Assembly (NCBI GenBank): GCA_046563655.1
Contig: CM102290.1
Coordinates: 3,286,001 to 3,350,000, forward strand
Origin: Yuukianura sp. NJ FZ-2021
Taxonomy: Eukaryota
DNA: 64,000 nucleotides
Reading direction: 5' to 3'
Made by a program: the position numbers and the translations under genes. The notes below the pieces were generated by a model. The model was not told the origin of the DNA. It made no database searches and worked only from the letters and a program-made list of their open reading frames with translations. Shown piece by piece: positions 51,701 to 64,000 of this stretch (positions within the stretch are counted from its first letter, which is position 1; each line of letters starts with the position of its first letter).

Positions 51701-53868
51701 CGCCCATATTGCGAAATAACGTGTCCATAGTAGCACTTCCTTTCCCCTTCTCTTGCAAAATCTAAACAGTAAAAAGAAAGTTTACGAAACTAAAGTGTCA
51801 ATACGAATGTTACAACGTTAAATCCGGTATTACCTGAACAGGGGTATGATGAGAAAACAAAGTGCGTAGTCGCGAACAGTGTCGGTCGTCTTTAAACTGC
51901 CCAATATGGAACGTGCCAATTGTCGTATCGATGAAGCACACGCCAAATTCGATACCATTGGAACCAATTGTCTGAGGCTGTGGTAAAAATCGCATTGTTA
52001 AAGAAATGTTTTCTGCAAGTTATCCAGTCATGGTTAATTGAATGGTTAGTTAATTACCCTCTCGACGATTGCATACAAATACTCTGAGTTTTGGTGAAAC
52101 GGCATAGTCCTGTCATCTTGAGCAGTTGCCAATCGGATTCCTTTTGTAGTAACTTGACAAATCTCACGACGCACCACTTTTTCAAATTTAGTTGCAGATC
52201 GCCCTAAAACAAAGTCAAATAATAAGCATGAGTTACTATACCATTCCTTTCAGAAGTTTTTCAACGTACCTTTAGTTCTGGCATCCATCATTGCCGGTGT
52301 CTCGGTCTGCTCACAACGAGCAACTTTATACCCACGCTCAACCAGCACTTCGGCATTTTGAGAGTATGCAATCTGTGAAGGAATACAAAACAATATTCAG
52401 CATATTCTTAATGAGTAATGACAAACGTAGAAAAAGTTAGATTAATTTTAATTACTTCAGGAAATCCACAATGAGCATGCTCTCCCTGAAAAAAATAGTT
52501 ACAGTGAGAGTCCATTCTTTCAGATTCGCTGTCAAATGCTTGATTGAAATTACCTTCATGAAAACAAATCCAAGTTCTTGCACCGCGATGACAGCATCCT
52601 ATGATACTTCAGTGTGAGTCAATATGAACAATACAATGGGTACAGTAATTGGAAGATGTATTAGAAGGAAGGCTTACCATATGATACAATTCATAAAATT
52701 TTCCCATCTTGAAGAAGAGAATAGTGTCGAAGTTATTTGATTTCATTTCCCACCATTGACGCATAGCCTGAAACGGAAGTAAGAATCATCTCAGGAATTA
52801 GCACGATGATAATTAGGGTTAAAGATCTTTTACGGAACTTACCGGGGTACATTTATCCAGAAAGTCTCTCGGGACGAACAACGTTTTGGGATCATATTGT
52901 GGATGATCCGGACGACGTTTGTTCTTGTCCATGATCCTGGCAGGCTTGAGCCAGTCATAGTCGAGATACGGCCATCCCCGTTGTCCATCGTTGGTGTTAT
53001 TCCCGTCGTTTCCTTTGAGTTTTGGCGATGGAACAGGCGTATCATACAACGAAGCTTTGCCCCTCGAGATTGGTTTTAAGCTGGTCTTTACTTCCGGAGT
53101 TTTAAAAGTACGCTTAGCACTTCCGTTTGAAGCCTGATCAAAAAAAGGAAGCAATTGATGAATCTTACCCTAGAATGCAGAAACCCGGAAACCGTATTTA
53201 ACTTACAGCCTTTTTCTTTCGCTTATTAGCCGTTTCCTTTGGGTCGTCCTCTTCTTCTTCAGTAGACATGCCTTCGTCCGAAACATTTTCAGCACTCGTA
53301 CCGGAGGTATCTGCTTCGCTTTCAAGAGTAGTATCTTTGTCTGGCTTATATTCTTCATCGCTTTCCACATCTACGACATTGCTTGTTTCGGTTTCCATAT
53401 CCTTCTCTTCGTCACTGCTGTCGTCTTGAATCAAAATTCTATGAAATCTCCTATTAGGCTTCGCCACCGGCGCTGAAATAATATCAAACGCAAGGTCAAA
53501 CTATTTACTAAAAGAGACTGGTAACATAAAATACAAAAATTACTGGAAGTAGGGTCATCGTTGGAGTTGCTGCCCACTTTCCGTCGCTTCTGAGATTGTG
53601 ACACATCGGTTGAACTGTCAGGCGATGCCGGAGCTCGCTTTTTGCTTACGGGAGTATCATTACTTTTACTAGCCCCCACATGCTTTTCTTTACTCTTAGG
53701 TGTGACATTTGATCTTGACGACGGACTTGCTTTCGGTGTTGCGGGTTGTTGCAGCTTCAACGAGCTCTTCGTCGCAGACGTACCATTGGTCGATGCCGGA
53801 GATTTGTTTGTTGATGATGGTGTAGTGACCTTCGTAAAGTAACTTAGGATAGATTTTTGCTGTGACAT
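48713..53868 (-). CDS. MSH6: DNA mismatch repair protein MSH6, many exons
   Basis: PIP box [94 protein letters not shown]. Confidence 0.97.
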
Positions 53869-54771
53869 TTTGGCGAGTGTGGGAAATTATTCTGGCATAT
53901 CTTAGATGATTTATAACCAGTGTCAAATGACCCGAGTATGCCGACACTCCTGGTCCCAACGAAGACTGGAAAATCCTACTTTCAGGTCAAAGTTCAGAAA
54001 GTTGCCATATTCCTTGCCTTCAGGACCGAACGTATGGAAGAATTGTAAACACTGACACTACTACTAAATCTAAATGAAAAATTCAAAACAAAGGAGAGTT
54101 ATTTATGCAAAACATTCCCGCGCTTTGTTTTAAATTTTCCCAGAACTGATTTTGTCTCACCTAATGTTGATATGCGGATTGATTTCCTTTGCCAATACCC
54201 TACAAAGCTTTAGTAATTAATTCACACATTTATCCATTGCCATGATTAATAATATACAAGATAAGGTGATACATATGATATTAAAAATTGATTGATTAAG
54301 TACGAACTAAATTGTAATACTTTTTGTATTTTGAACAAGGTGAGGCCTCTGGTAGTCTGGATCATATGTTTTTGCATGGAAATGTGCCGGCCGCCGAGCC
54401 GGTAAAATGGTTTTTGAATATGAACCATATGATTTATAAAAAAAAAAGTTCGTTTGAGTAATTACAATTTTAATTACAATTTCTACACCAGGAAGACCTT
54501 TGGAATAGCACAAGCTAGGACTTTGGACTTCGGACTCGACCTGAATAACCAGTACCAACAGTAAACAAATACTAATTTCACAACTTCTGTCATCATTTCA
54601 CTCGTGCAGCTGAACTGAAAGGTAAAGGTACACGTTCAAATTCGAGTTTTCTCCAAAAATTGTTCTTGTAATTATTGTCTTTGTCGGAAGTCAAGTCGAA
54701 AGGTCTAATTATATTTGTGATTCCCTAGATCTCATAAATTAACTTCTACCTCCGTGTCACAGAGTTCCAAG

Positions 54772-57188
54772 ATGAGTTTGTTACGGTCGGGGAAACTTTC
54801 GTCGATATTCTGGAATGGAAAATCATGTCTTGTCACTCCCGTATCCTCAAGGGCTATTCACTTATGTAACCGTTTTCAACAAAAGTCGGACGAAACGGCT
54901 CTAAAGACTGCAGGAGAATCCGCCGTGGACCATGTTTCAAGCGATGCTGCCGCTCGAAAGCCTTCATTTGCCAAGCAGTTATTTATTGGAAAATTCGACA
55001 CGGATGTACTGACGTATCCGGAAGTACTTTCAAAGGAAGACCATGACACTTTGCATGACATGGTTCATATGGTCGAGAAGTTTTTTGAAGACAAAGGTAA
55101 ATAAAAATACACAAGAAGAAAAAGCCAATGGAGACTCGTAAAATAAAATATTGTTTTTAGTGGATTCGAAACAAATCGATATTAATGCCAAGATACCGAA
55201 CGAAGTTCTTCAAGGGATCAAAGAACTTGGTCTATTCGGACAACAAATTCCAACGCAGTATGGAGGACTGGGACTCAATGCTACTGGGTATGCTAAAGTA
55301 GCGGAAGCGGTATCTGATGGCTCCGTTGCTGTAACGCTTGCGGCTCACCAAGCCATTGGCTTGAAGGTAAGTGCTTTTGTTTTATTGATATTATGTTATT
55401 ACTTCGTTCGTACCATTTTATTCACTTTTAGGGACTTCTGTTGTACGGTACCGAAGAACAAAAGAGGAAATACTTACCACGTTTAGCAACTGGCGAGATG
55501 ACAGCGGCCTTCTGTTTGACCGAACCAGAAACTGGATCTGACGCTGCGTCAGTGAAAACAAGTGCCATGCTCTCTAAGGACGGGACACATTGGATTCTCA
55601 ACGGTTCCAAACTTTGGATCTCCAACGGTGGAATCGCCGACTTTTTCACCGTTTTTGCCAGCACTGTGAGTTTAGTCAATATAAACTAGTACCTCGTTCA
55701 ATTTTTGAATTTAAAATTTATTTTCAGTCAAGTGATGTGAGTGTGGGTTCGGGAAAGAGAATGACAGCATTTGCCGTGGAACGTGGTTTTGGTGGTGTCA
55801 CAAATGGGAAGCCAGAAGACAAGCTTGGAATCCGCGGTTCGAATACTTGTGAAGTACATTTTGAAAATACACCAGTTCCAGTCGAGAATGTAATCGGTGG
55901 AGTTGGGAATGGTTTCAAAGTGGCCGTCAATATTTTGAACAGTGGGAGATTCAGTATGGGAAGTGCTGGGGCAGGTAACAAGCATTCTTTCAATTGCAAG
56001 CATTCTTTCCCTGATACTTGTACCAACTTTCGAATCTTCTCACTCTTTCAGGAATGCTGCGAAAGTTAATCAAACTGACCACTGCGCATGCCATAGAGAG
56101 AAAGCAGTTTGGAAAACCTTTGAGTGAATTCCATCTAATCAAGGAAAAAATTGCTCAAGTTGCTATTCACGCCTATGTTATGGAAAGTATGGCCTACCTT
56201 ACGGCCGGAATGCTCGATTCTGGCGCTTATGAAGACTGTGCTCTCGAAGCAGCTATTGTCAAAGTAAGAACTAAAACTATTTTTAACTAAAATAATTAAT
56301 TACTCTTTGCGATTATCAATTTGTGGTTTTGTAGATTTATAGTTCGGAAGCTTGCTGGTCCAGTGCAAGTGAATGTCTTCAGATTCTTGGAGGAATGGGC
56401 TATATGAAGGACTACCCCTATGAACGCTTGCTCCGAGATTCTCGAATTCTGCTTATCTTTGAAGGAACAAATGAAATCCTGCGTCTATTCGTTGCACTCA
56501 CAGGTAATTGCTGGCACCAAACCTAAACTAATCACGTTAAAGTTTACTGAAATAACCAACTTTTTTCATTTTAGGAATGCAAGTGGCTGGGAAAAGTCTG
56601 CGCGAATTGGTGAAGCAACTGCGCAATCCCTTTACGTTTCCTACAGTTGCCTTTAAGAAAATGGGTGAACGATGGAGAGCTAGTACAGGGAAGCCTAAGA
56701 TGACCCTGCAACTGAACGAATTTTTACATCCCAGTCTCAAAGAGAATGCCGAGTTGCTAGAATGGTCCGTCCTACGCCTTCAGTACATTGTAGAAGTACT
56801 GCTTCAACGTCACGGAGCCAATGTGGTAGAAGCTCAGCAAGAAGTAAAGAGAATAGCTGACATTGTGATTGACATTTACGCTATGACGGCTGTCCTAAGC
56901 AGAGCCTCACGAGCTTACTGTACTGGAATTCGTAATGCCGATTTGGAGGTGAGTTTAACAATTAATTCTCACAAAATTCCAACGAAAATACTAATCGATG
57001 TTGTTTCTTAGATGCTAATGGCTCAAACGATTACGCAACAAGCTAGGGATAGGATTCAGCAAAATATAATGGAACTTGAAAGTGGAAAGTTCGAGAACAT
57101 GGATCACCAATACCGGGATATCGCAGATAAAGTTTTTGAATCTAAGGGATACCCCATAGAACACCCACTTACGCGAAACATTTGGTAA
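54772..57188 (+). CDS. ACAD9: Acyl-CoA dehydrogenase family member 9 (mitochondrial, VLCAD-like), multi-exon
   Basis: Basic presequence, [70 protein letters not shown]-terminal HPLTRNIW. Confidence 0.92.
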
Positions 57189-57419
57189 ATCTAAACTGGT
57201 GCGTCAAAAACGACGGATTAATAATGTAATTTATAATTGTACGAGATTACTTGTACCGTAAATTATTTGGATTTTTCTAGGTTAATTTTAATAATAAATC
57301 ATATGATTTGCAAATAAATGTCCAGTTTAACTATGAATTTAGAATAAAAACGGATCTCGTTGCCGAATCCCTTTTATTGTACGCTTACGTCCAACCTTAT
57401 CCAAACAGTAAGAGGAAAG

Positions 57420-58317
57420 TTACATAAAATAGGTCTTGGGACGAACGTGTGAGAATCTAGGCAAGGTGTGCTTTTGCTCGATTCGCTTCGGCAGAGGGAA
57501 CCGTAACTTTCCATCATGAAATTGCTTGATGTGGGGTCGGCGGCAATTGGCAGCAGCAACTTCCTCAACACGAATGATCTGAGAGGATGAAAATTGGAAA
57601 TTACAACTAAACTCCAGCCAACAATAAAGCCTAGATCTTTGTCTAATAGTTCCAAGCCATAATGTTTACCTGGATTGAGTGAGCTCGAGCACGGTGACGA
57701 GCTCCCATATCCCGATAACAGGCTGTCACAGCACGAGCAACACCCAACTCACGGTACTCTCGGTACATGTTGTGTGTTCCTGATCGAGAGTCGTATCTGA
57801 GCCAGATTCCAAAGTTCTTGACTCTGGTTGGAGATGAATCCGGGATCTGAAATCGAATGTTTGTGAATAAATACATAATCGACTAAACAAACAGTTAACG
57901 TAACGAGAATGCTAAGCAGTTATGGAATTTTAGACTACCTCCTTGATGGAGACGATTTCTCCTGTCATTTTCTTGAATTTTCTTAGGTGACGGAGGAAAT
58001 ACCAGAAGCGGGACTTGGCCACGATCTTCTCCGGTGCGAAGATTTTCATCTTGTAGAGTGGTGGATTAGCTTCCTTCTCTGATGGTAATTTTCTACCGAT
58101 CACCTCATACTGCTTTAACTGCAAATCAGAACATCCATATTTAGAAACTGATTGCTTTTTACAGTTGTCTCTTCATAACGAAAACGACACATGTTCATGC
58201 TCCAGTTATATCCAAAGTTACATTAACATTACGTGCTTTATCTCAACTTTTGAGGAAACAAATCCATAAATGTTGTACTTGTTACAATAATGTACTTACC
58301 AGTCCCATAGCCTTCAT
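57420..58317 (-). CDS. RPL18A: 60S ribosomal protein L18a (eL20), 4 coding exons
   Basis: [70 protein letters not shown]; stop TAA at 57420-57422. Confidence 0.98.
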
Positions 58318-58414
58318 TTTGGAATCGTTTGTTTGGTGATGAGCCTTTAGCACTAATTAATCGGTTTAGAAATGATTGTTCGATCACTCACGAAGACTGG
58401 AAGAGGGTGACAGA

Positions 58415-58432
58415 CACACAAGAAAAAGAGGT
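58415..58432 (-). promoter_or_regulatory. Polypyrimidine (TCT/5'TOP) initiator of RPL18A
   Basis: Minus strand reads acCTCTTTTTCTTG followed by a short non-coding exon and a gtgagt donor at 58391, typical of ribosomal protein gene starts. Confidence 0.7.
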
Positions 58433-59411
58433 ACACTACTGCCGGCGTGCTTCCATCTGAAATATGGTGGTAAATGGGAAATGTACTACACAACATGAAA
58501 CAGCACCATCTCCAGAAAATATTACAACTCAAAATTACGCGACGCGGAAAATTCAAATTTTGAAATAAACATTTTGTCCAAGTCACACATATACCCACTA
58601 CATACATCTGGGCATCAAAAGTATGATTAACATTAATTATCAAATAAACCATATAAATAAGACTTAAAATTTAGTCTTCTAAGCAGTTGAGATGACTTTT
58701 ATGAAAAAAATTTCAATGTCTTTTATTTTATATTTTATGTAATTAATTAGAAGTATTTAATTTAAAAACGAAGATGAAGGTGGGTCTTGGTTGGTAAGCC
58801 GAGTAGTTTTTAGTCGGACCTAAATTGTAACTTTTGAATTTTGCAATGGACATTGCAATACTAAATCTCCAAATTGGTCAAATATGTTAAGTCAATTTGA
58901 CCAAAAATTAATTATTCATTTATTTACTATATTGATTAAAACGAACTTATAAATGATTACGTGATGTGCAGTTCACCAATAGTTTACATTAATATTTTAA
59001 GTATGTTATTTTTTGTGAAATAATATTCCGAGTGACCTCCGATGCATTTCATCATCCTCTTGTGGCAAAAGTCAACGCTTTTCCTTTTTACCACGTTTTT
59101 GCATCATCCCTTTTCCATTTTCAAATTTTATTGAACTTACTGTGCCCTTAAATTATCCATCATCGTTTAATTACAAGCTAATTAGTTAATATATAAATTT
59201 CTTTGACCTTTCGAAGCTACCCGCTTGACGGACGGGAACAATGGTAAAGTGTTGAATACCTCATTTTTACTGGCTCGGAAAGTGCCTTGTTTTGTTTTTG
59301 TTATAAGCGGAAGGACGTGGCTACCATCCGATTTTTCTTACCGGTATTTGGCATTCCGGTGTTTTTGTTTTTATTATTGTTGTTCAAAATTTTTTTTCGA
59401 AAAACAAAAAA

Positions 59412-62400
59412 ATGAATGAAGAGATTATGAACGGGTTGGAAGGAATGCCGGAGCCATCGTCACTGACAAGTGTAAGTTAAGAACTAGTTAGCCTTTGTTG
59501 TTTGCGGAAGATTTTCAGAGTGATTGTAATTTTGATTTTTTGTTTATTTTTAGAGCCTTAGATACTTTGAAGCAATGAAAGAGTCTCCAACGGGATGGCA
59601 ATTATGTTTAGACGCTGTAACGTCAAGAATTTACAGTTCCAGAGATCATGCTCAATACTTTTGCTTGCAAATAATAGAAGCCTATGTGAAAACACGATAT
59701 CCTACTGATTCTGTTGAGAACCAACAAAAACTTAGAGACTTAATTAGAATCTGGCCTACATTGCAAGTAAGGGAACAGCACAAAAAGGTCGCCGTGGTCT
59801 ATAACTTTCACTAGGACCTTAATTAAATTGTAGTCTGTTTTTTCCAGTCTCAGGTTGACTCCGTGGTAATACGAAACAAAATTGCTCAAATCTCGGCGCT
59901 TCTTTTTATACAAGATTACTCCCATCGGTGTAATGTATTTTTTGATGAGCTCATTGGGTCCCTTAGTCTCGGCGATCGATACCAAACTGCAGACTTTTTC
60001 CTGCGTTTCCTGATTGCCCTTGATAGTGAGGTATTCTGTCATTTTCCGAAAATTGGTTACAATTGTGGGATTTTTGCGATGAATAAACGTCTTATTTTAC
60101 GTTGTGTTTCAGATTGGAGATAAGGACATTTGTCGCTCAGCAGCTGAAATCCAAAGAAACAATAAGGTTAAAGATGCCATGCGCGAAAGCGTAGTTCTAA
60201 AACTGGTAGCGGTGTGGTTAGAAATTTTGGTAAGTGAAGTCCCTGTTTACACACTGTTTCCAGGTTATTTCTGGGTTTGAAGTGTAAGAGATCTGATTGG
60301 TTTTATAGATTGCCTTTGAGAACACAAGTGATGAAATAATCGCGTTGTGCCATCAAGTGATTGGTGCTTATATTCTTTGGATTGACATTGGGCTTATTGC
60401 CAACGAGCCGTTCGTCTCGCATCTAGTGAAAGCCCTTACACGCCCAATTGTTCAAGAATCCGCGGCTGATTGTATCTATGGAATTATAAGCAAAGGAATG
60501 GAACCACTCGCCAAAGTTAAATTGGTCGAATCCTTCAGTACATTTCTTTCTTCTGCCGGCATTTGGCAAGCAGCCTTCGTAAGTTTCAACATTGTTCTGA
60601 ACCGTATCGTTTACTATCCGAAGCGTAATTGGTTCCACATTTTATTAGTCTTCAAATACAGATGTCGATTACTTAGTCAAATTGGGAACACTTCTAAATG
60701 GAATGGGAGTTGAACTGATCGCATCTTACAACAAAGTATTCAAGGCTGCAGGATCCAAACCAAATGAAACCACACATCAAATTCGGGAAGCTGTTGATGC
60801 CAAGTTTGTTTTACTTTTGCAACTTCTTTCCAATGAAGACGATGACGTGTCTGCATCTGTACTTGATTTCCTGCGAGACTACCTTCATGTAAGTATAACA
60901 ATAACTCTTCATTTGTAAACTAAACTCGAACTTTTTCAATGATTTTCAGCTACTCAAAGGAAAAACAGTTTTCACAGAAATCGAAATGGCTCGATTAGCA
61001 GAAGTTGTGAAAGTCGTCAGTGCCAAAATTCGCTACGACAATGAGTACAATTTTAATGAGGAAGGAGAAGATGAAATTAGCTTTAAAGAATTTCGGTAAA
61101 AATTCTTAAGTCCTTTCTTTGAACTGACTAATAATGCTTTGAAATTTTACTTTCAGAAAGCAACTACGAGTCGTTTTTGATAACGTAATGCTGGTCAACA
61201 AGTCGCTGGTTGTAGACCAGTTATCCAATATAATTCAAGAAGTTTTTCGAAATTGGAGGCAGTTACCATGGCAGGTACGTTCAAATGTAAATGTTAAATG
61301 TAATTGTCAGTGTGAATTAAATGTCCGTTGGTTTCTGCAGGACGTCGAAGCTGCTCTATACCTAATACATTTAATGGGAGAATCTCTGCCGTCATCTATC
61401 TCGCAAATCAGTCCGGATCCAACTAAATACTCACCTGTCCAAAGACTGTTATTGGAAATGACAGCGTCCGAAGTCAACCTAAATACAAATACTGTAGTGA
61501 CAATTCAATTTTTTGAAGTTGCCGTGAGGTAAACGCAGCTTTTCACGTACTGGCATTTGAGTATCATAAATTTAATATGAGTTTATCGTTCTCACATCGT
61601 CACAAGTTGCTGTCTTTTATACGTTTCAGGTACGATAAGTTTTACTTGCAACATTCAGACTGTATTGGGCAGGTTCTGACTACCTTCCTCAAGACAAGCG
61701 GATTCCGTCACCCGGATTGTAGGGTTCGTTCCAGAAGTGCATATCTGTTCTGCCGATTTATTAAATCTATCAGGTTAGTTTCAGCAAAGTGAAAATATAT
61801 GATGCAACTATTCTATTGTTGATGTTAACTGCATTTTACAGAACACAAATCACGCAGGAGTTGGCAAAGACGTTATTAGATGCCGTTTCTGATATTGCTG
61901 CAATTCGTCTTGAGCCACAAGGACAACAACCAGAATCCTTATGGTCATATGATGAACAACTTTATATCTACGAAGTCATCGGTTTTGTCATAATGGCTGG
62001 AGAATCTAGACAAGAAGTATGTAGTTTGAAGCTGTAAATCAGATATTATAAAAGTAATGGATTACAACCAAAGTTTTATTTTGCAGCAAAGGTTTAATTA
62101 CATGGCGCAATTCATGAGACCAATGTTAGAGTGCTACCAAAGTGCTGCGGCGTTGATGGGAACCGAAATGGACATGAGATGGAAAGCGTCCACGTCTCGG
62201 ACACTCGTGTAAGAACCTACCGAAGGATTTTCCGATACCGAATTCTTTGAAAACTTTTAACTCGTAATTTGCAGGCATTGCATTGCGTGTGCTGGAAGAA
62301 TCACCAAAGCTTTCAGTCCTCAGGACACAATGAAACGTTGTGGCTGCGTTGGAATGTTTCTGGAGGCCCTTGAAACTTTTATCAAACCGATTGAAGTACT

Positions 62401-63734
62401 AAAATTTGTTTTTCAATTACTTGGCCTGTGAACGACTAAACCAATTGAACGTATTCTGCATAGGTAATTGATGGTGCAATTCGGTCGGAGATGCTCAGCG
62501 CAGTTCGGCAATACTTTCATCGCTTGGTAGTCTGCCTTGACGCTGAAATTTTATCCATTGTTCCTATTGTTTCCCAAGTGCTACTTCGTGATACTTCTAC
62601 CAAGAGCATTCAAGAATACTTTCCACTTATTACACAAATCATATCCAAATTTAAAGTAAGTCTTACTTTTTTTTTATGATTTTGTGAAAAATTGTGTTAT
62701 AAATGTAGTATTATGTATTATAATTCGAACTATTTTATGTTTGCAGAAAGATATTATTCCATTTTTAAAGGAAATATTTCCTATCTTCAACCAAATTGTT
62801 CTCATGGAACTTGCCATTCCGTTGGAAGACAATGATGAAACTGGAAAACGGGATCGTCAATTTCTACGTCGCCAATATTTTCAATTCCTCGCCTGTGTAA
62901 GTTTGCGTTCGAAGTTCGAACGCAAATTCGAACAAGTTCGAACTTCGAACTTGTTTTTGAACACTAAAGTGTTATATGACGCCTCAATTAATTGAAATTG
63001 TATGATCAATTACATTTTCAGGTAATGCTGAACGAGTTACACGAAGTCTTTCCTAGTACGACCGATCCTCCACTCATGGCGAAAATTTTCGAATCAATTT
63101 GTGAAGGTGCTGTAAACTGTGCTGATCCAGTCGTAAGTAAATAAGATCTTGAATTGAGTTTTAGCAAATATGTTAGAAGTAATGCGGAATTTCGTCTGAT
63201 TTTGTGAATTTAAGGGACAGAAGACATGCTTTAGTATTTTCAAAAAATGTATCGAACTCTATGGAGATGTTTTAGCTTCCAACGAAACATTCAAAAGCTT
63301 TATGTACTCGCAAATACTCCCAGCATGCTTCAATGTTCCGGCTGGCCCAGATTTTGATATACACGATGCTCAAGCAATCTTGGTTGTTAACGAAATAGCG
63401 GGTTGTATGAAGACAATGTACGATAAAAGAGTAAGTTATTCATATGAAATCTGATAACCTAAACCTCAGTTCACCAAACATAATGATGAAACCGTTTCGT
63501 TGTTTCAGGGAAACGAATTAGTTGACATTCTTCAAAAGAACTACTTGCTACCGCCAAAATTTTCTCTAGAAACCAGTGCTGCCTACATAAGTGCTCTACG
63601 AGGAAACCTTAGAGACTTTAAAATCATCATGAAGGTATGTCTGTACTCTTGTTAATTTAGTTTGTAGATAAATTTTTGCATTTGAATTACTTATTTCGTT
63701 TTGTTTTCAGAATTTATTTACAACTAGGACTTAG
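59412..63734 (+). CDS. XPOT: Exportin-T (tRNA exportin), many exons
   Basis: LRYFEAMKESPTGWQLC, VIRNKIAQISALLFIQDY, FLIALDSEI, NKVKDAMRE, VIGAYILWIDIGLIAN, KGMEPLAKVKLVES, VRSRSAYLFCRF; stop TAG at 63732-63734. Confidence 0.93.
62902..62955. repeat. Twin 25-bp palindromes in an XPOT intron
   Basis: tttgcgttcgaa-g-ttcgaacgcaaa (62902-62926) and aacaagttcgaa-c-ttcgaacttgtt (62931-62955). Confidence 0.9.
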
Positions 63735-64000
63735 GTCAAGGACTCCATAACAAACTCTAACTTCCAAATGAGCAACTGAACACAAAGACTGCTTTCTTTG
63801 CTAAAGCAAAAATACCCCAGAAGGAAACAACCAACTTATACAAGTATCCTGTTATCGCTAAATGTCGCCAGAGGTTAAATTTTCATTATCCAAATTATTT
63901 GAAATAAACCAAGTTCTGAGAACAAATTTCAAAGGTAATTCATGAACGTGATCCAGTAGATGCAATTTAGCAGGGCAAAAGTCAATGGAAAAATTTTACG

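Noticed and set aside
58121..58299. snoRNA in the longer RPL18A intron
   Set aside because: No C box or convincing H/ACA hairpin pair found by eye.
62902..62955. Heat-shock element array
   Set aside because: GAA/TTC spacing is 0-1 nt rather than the 2 nt of nGAAnnTTCn.

Overview
Eukaryotic, gene-dense, AT-rich animal genomic DNA with many short (~55-90 nt) GT-AG introns. The gene set and protein sequences look arthropod; a compact-genome hexapod such as a springtail is a guess, not established. Fifteen multi-exon protein-coding genes were assembled by hand from ORF fragments and splice sites: Nup205 (+), a GT31 beta-1,3-galactosyltransferase (+), akirin (-), POLR3C/RPC62 (+), a secreted pancreatic-type lipase (-), DHDH (-), RABL3 (-), TFIIE-alpha (+), AP-2 alpha-adaptin (+), a divergent FGF ligand (+), EF-hand nicotinamidase (-), MSH6 (-), ACAD9 (+), RPL18A (-) and exportin-T (+). 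All calls rest on recalled motifs; no database search was run. There are no rRNA, credible tRNA, CRISPR or prokaryotic features, and no clearly new multi-gene system. The most interesting signals are non-coding or splicing-level: (1) a TA-flanked Tc1/mariner-type MITE carrying a minisatellite with 11 TGCGCAC (metal-response-element core) motifs between the divergent akirin and POLR3C genes; (2) two inverted hAT-type MITEs 22 bp apart, each with its own 8-bp TSD, in an FGF intron; (3) several fold-back elements; (4) a pre-miRNA-like hairpin; (5) candidate hidden cassette or micro-exons in the nicotinamidase and AP-2 alpha genes; and (6) a ~160-aa insertion in Nup205. CDS coordinates span start to stop codon and include introns.
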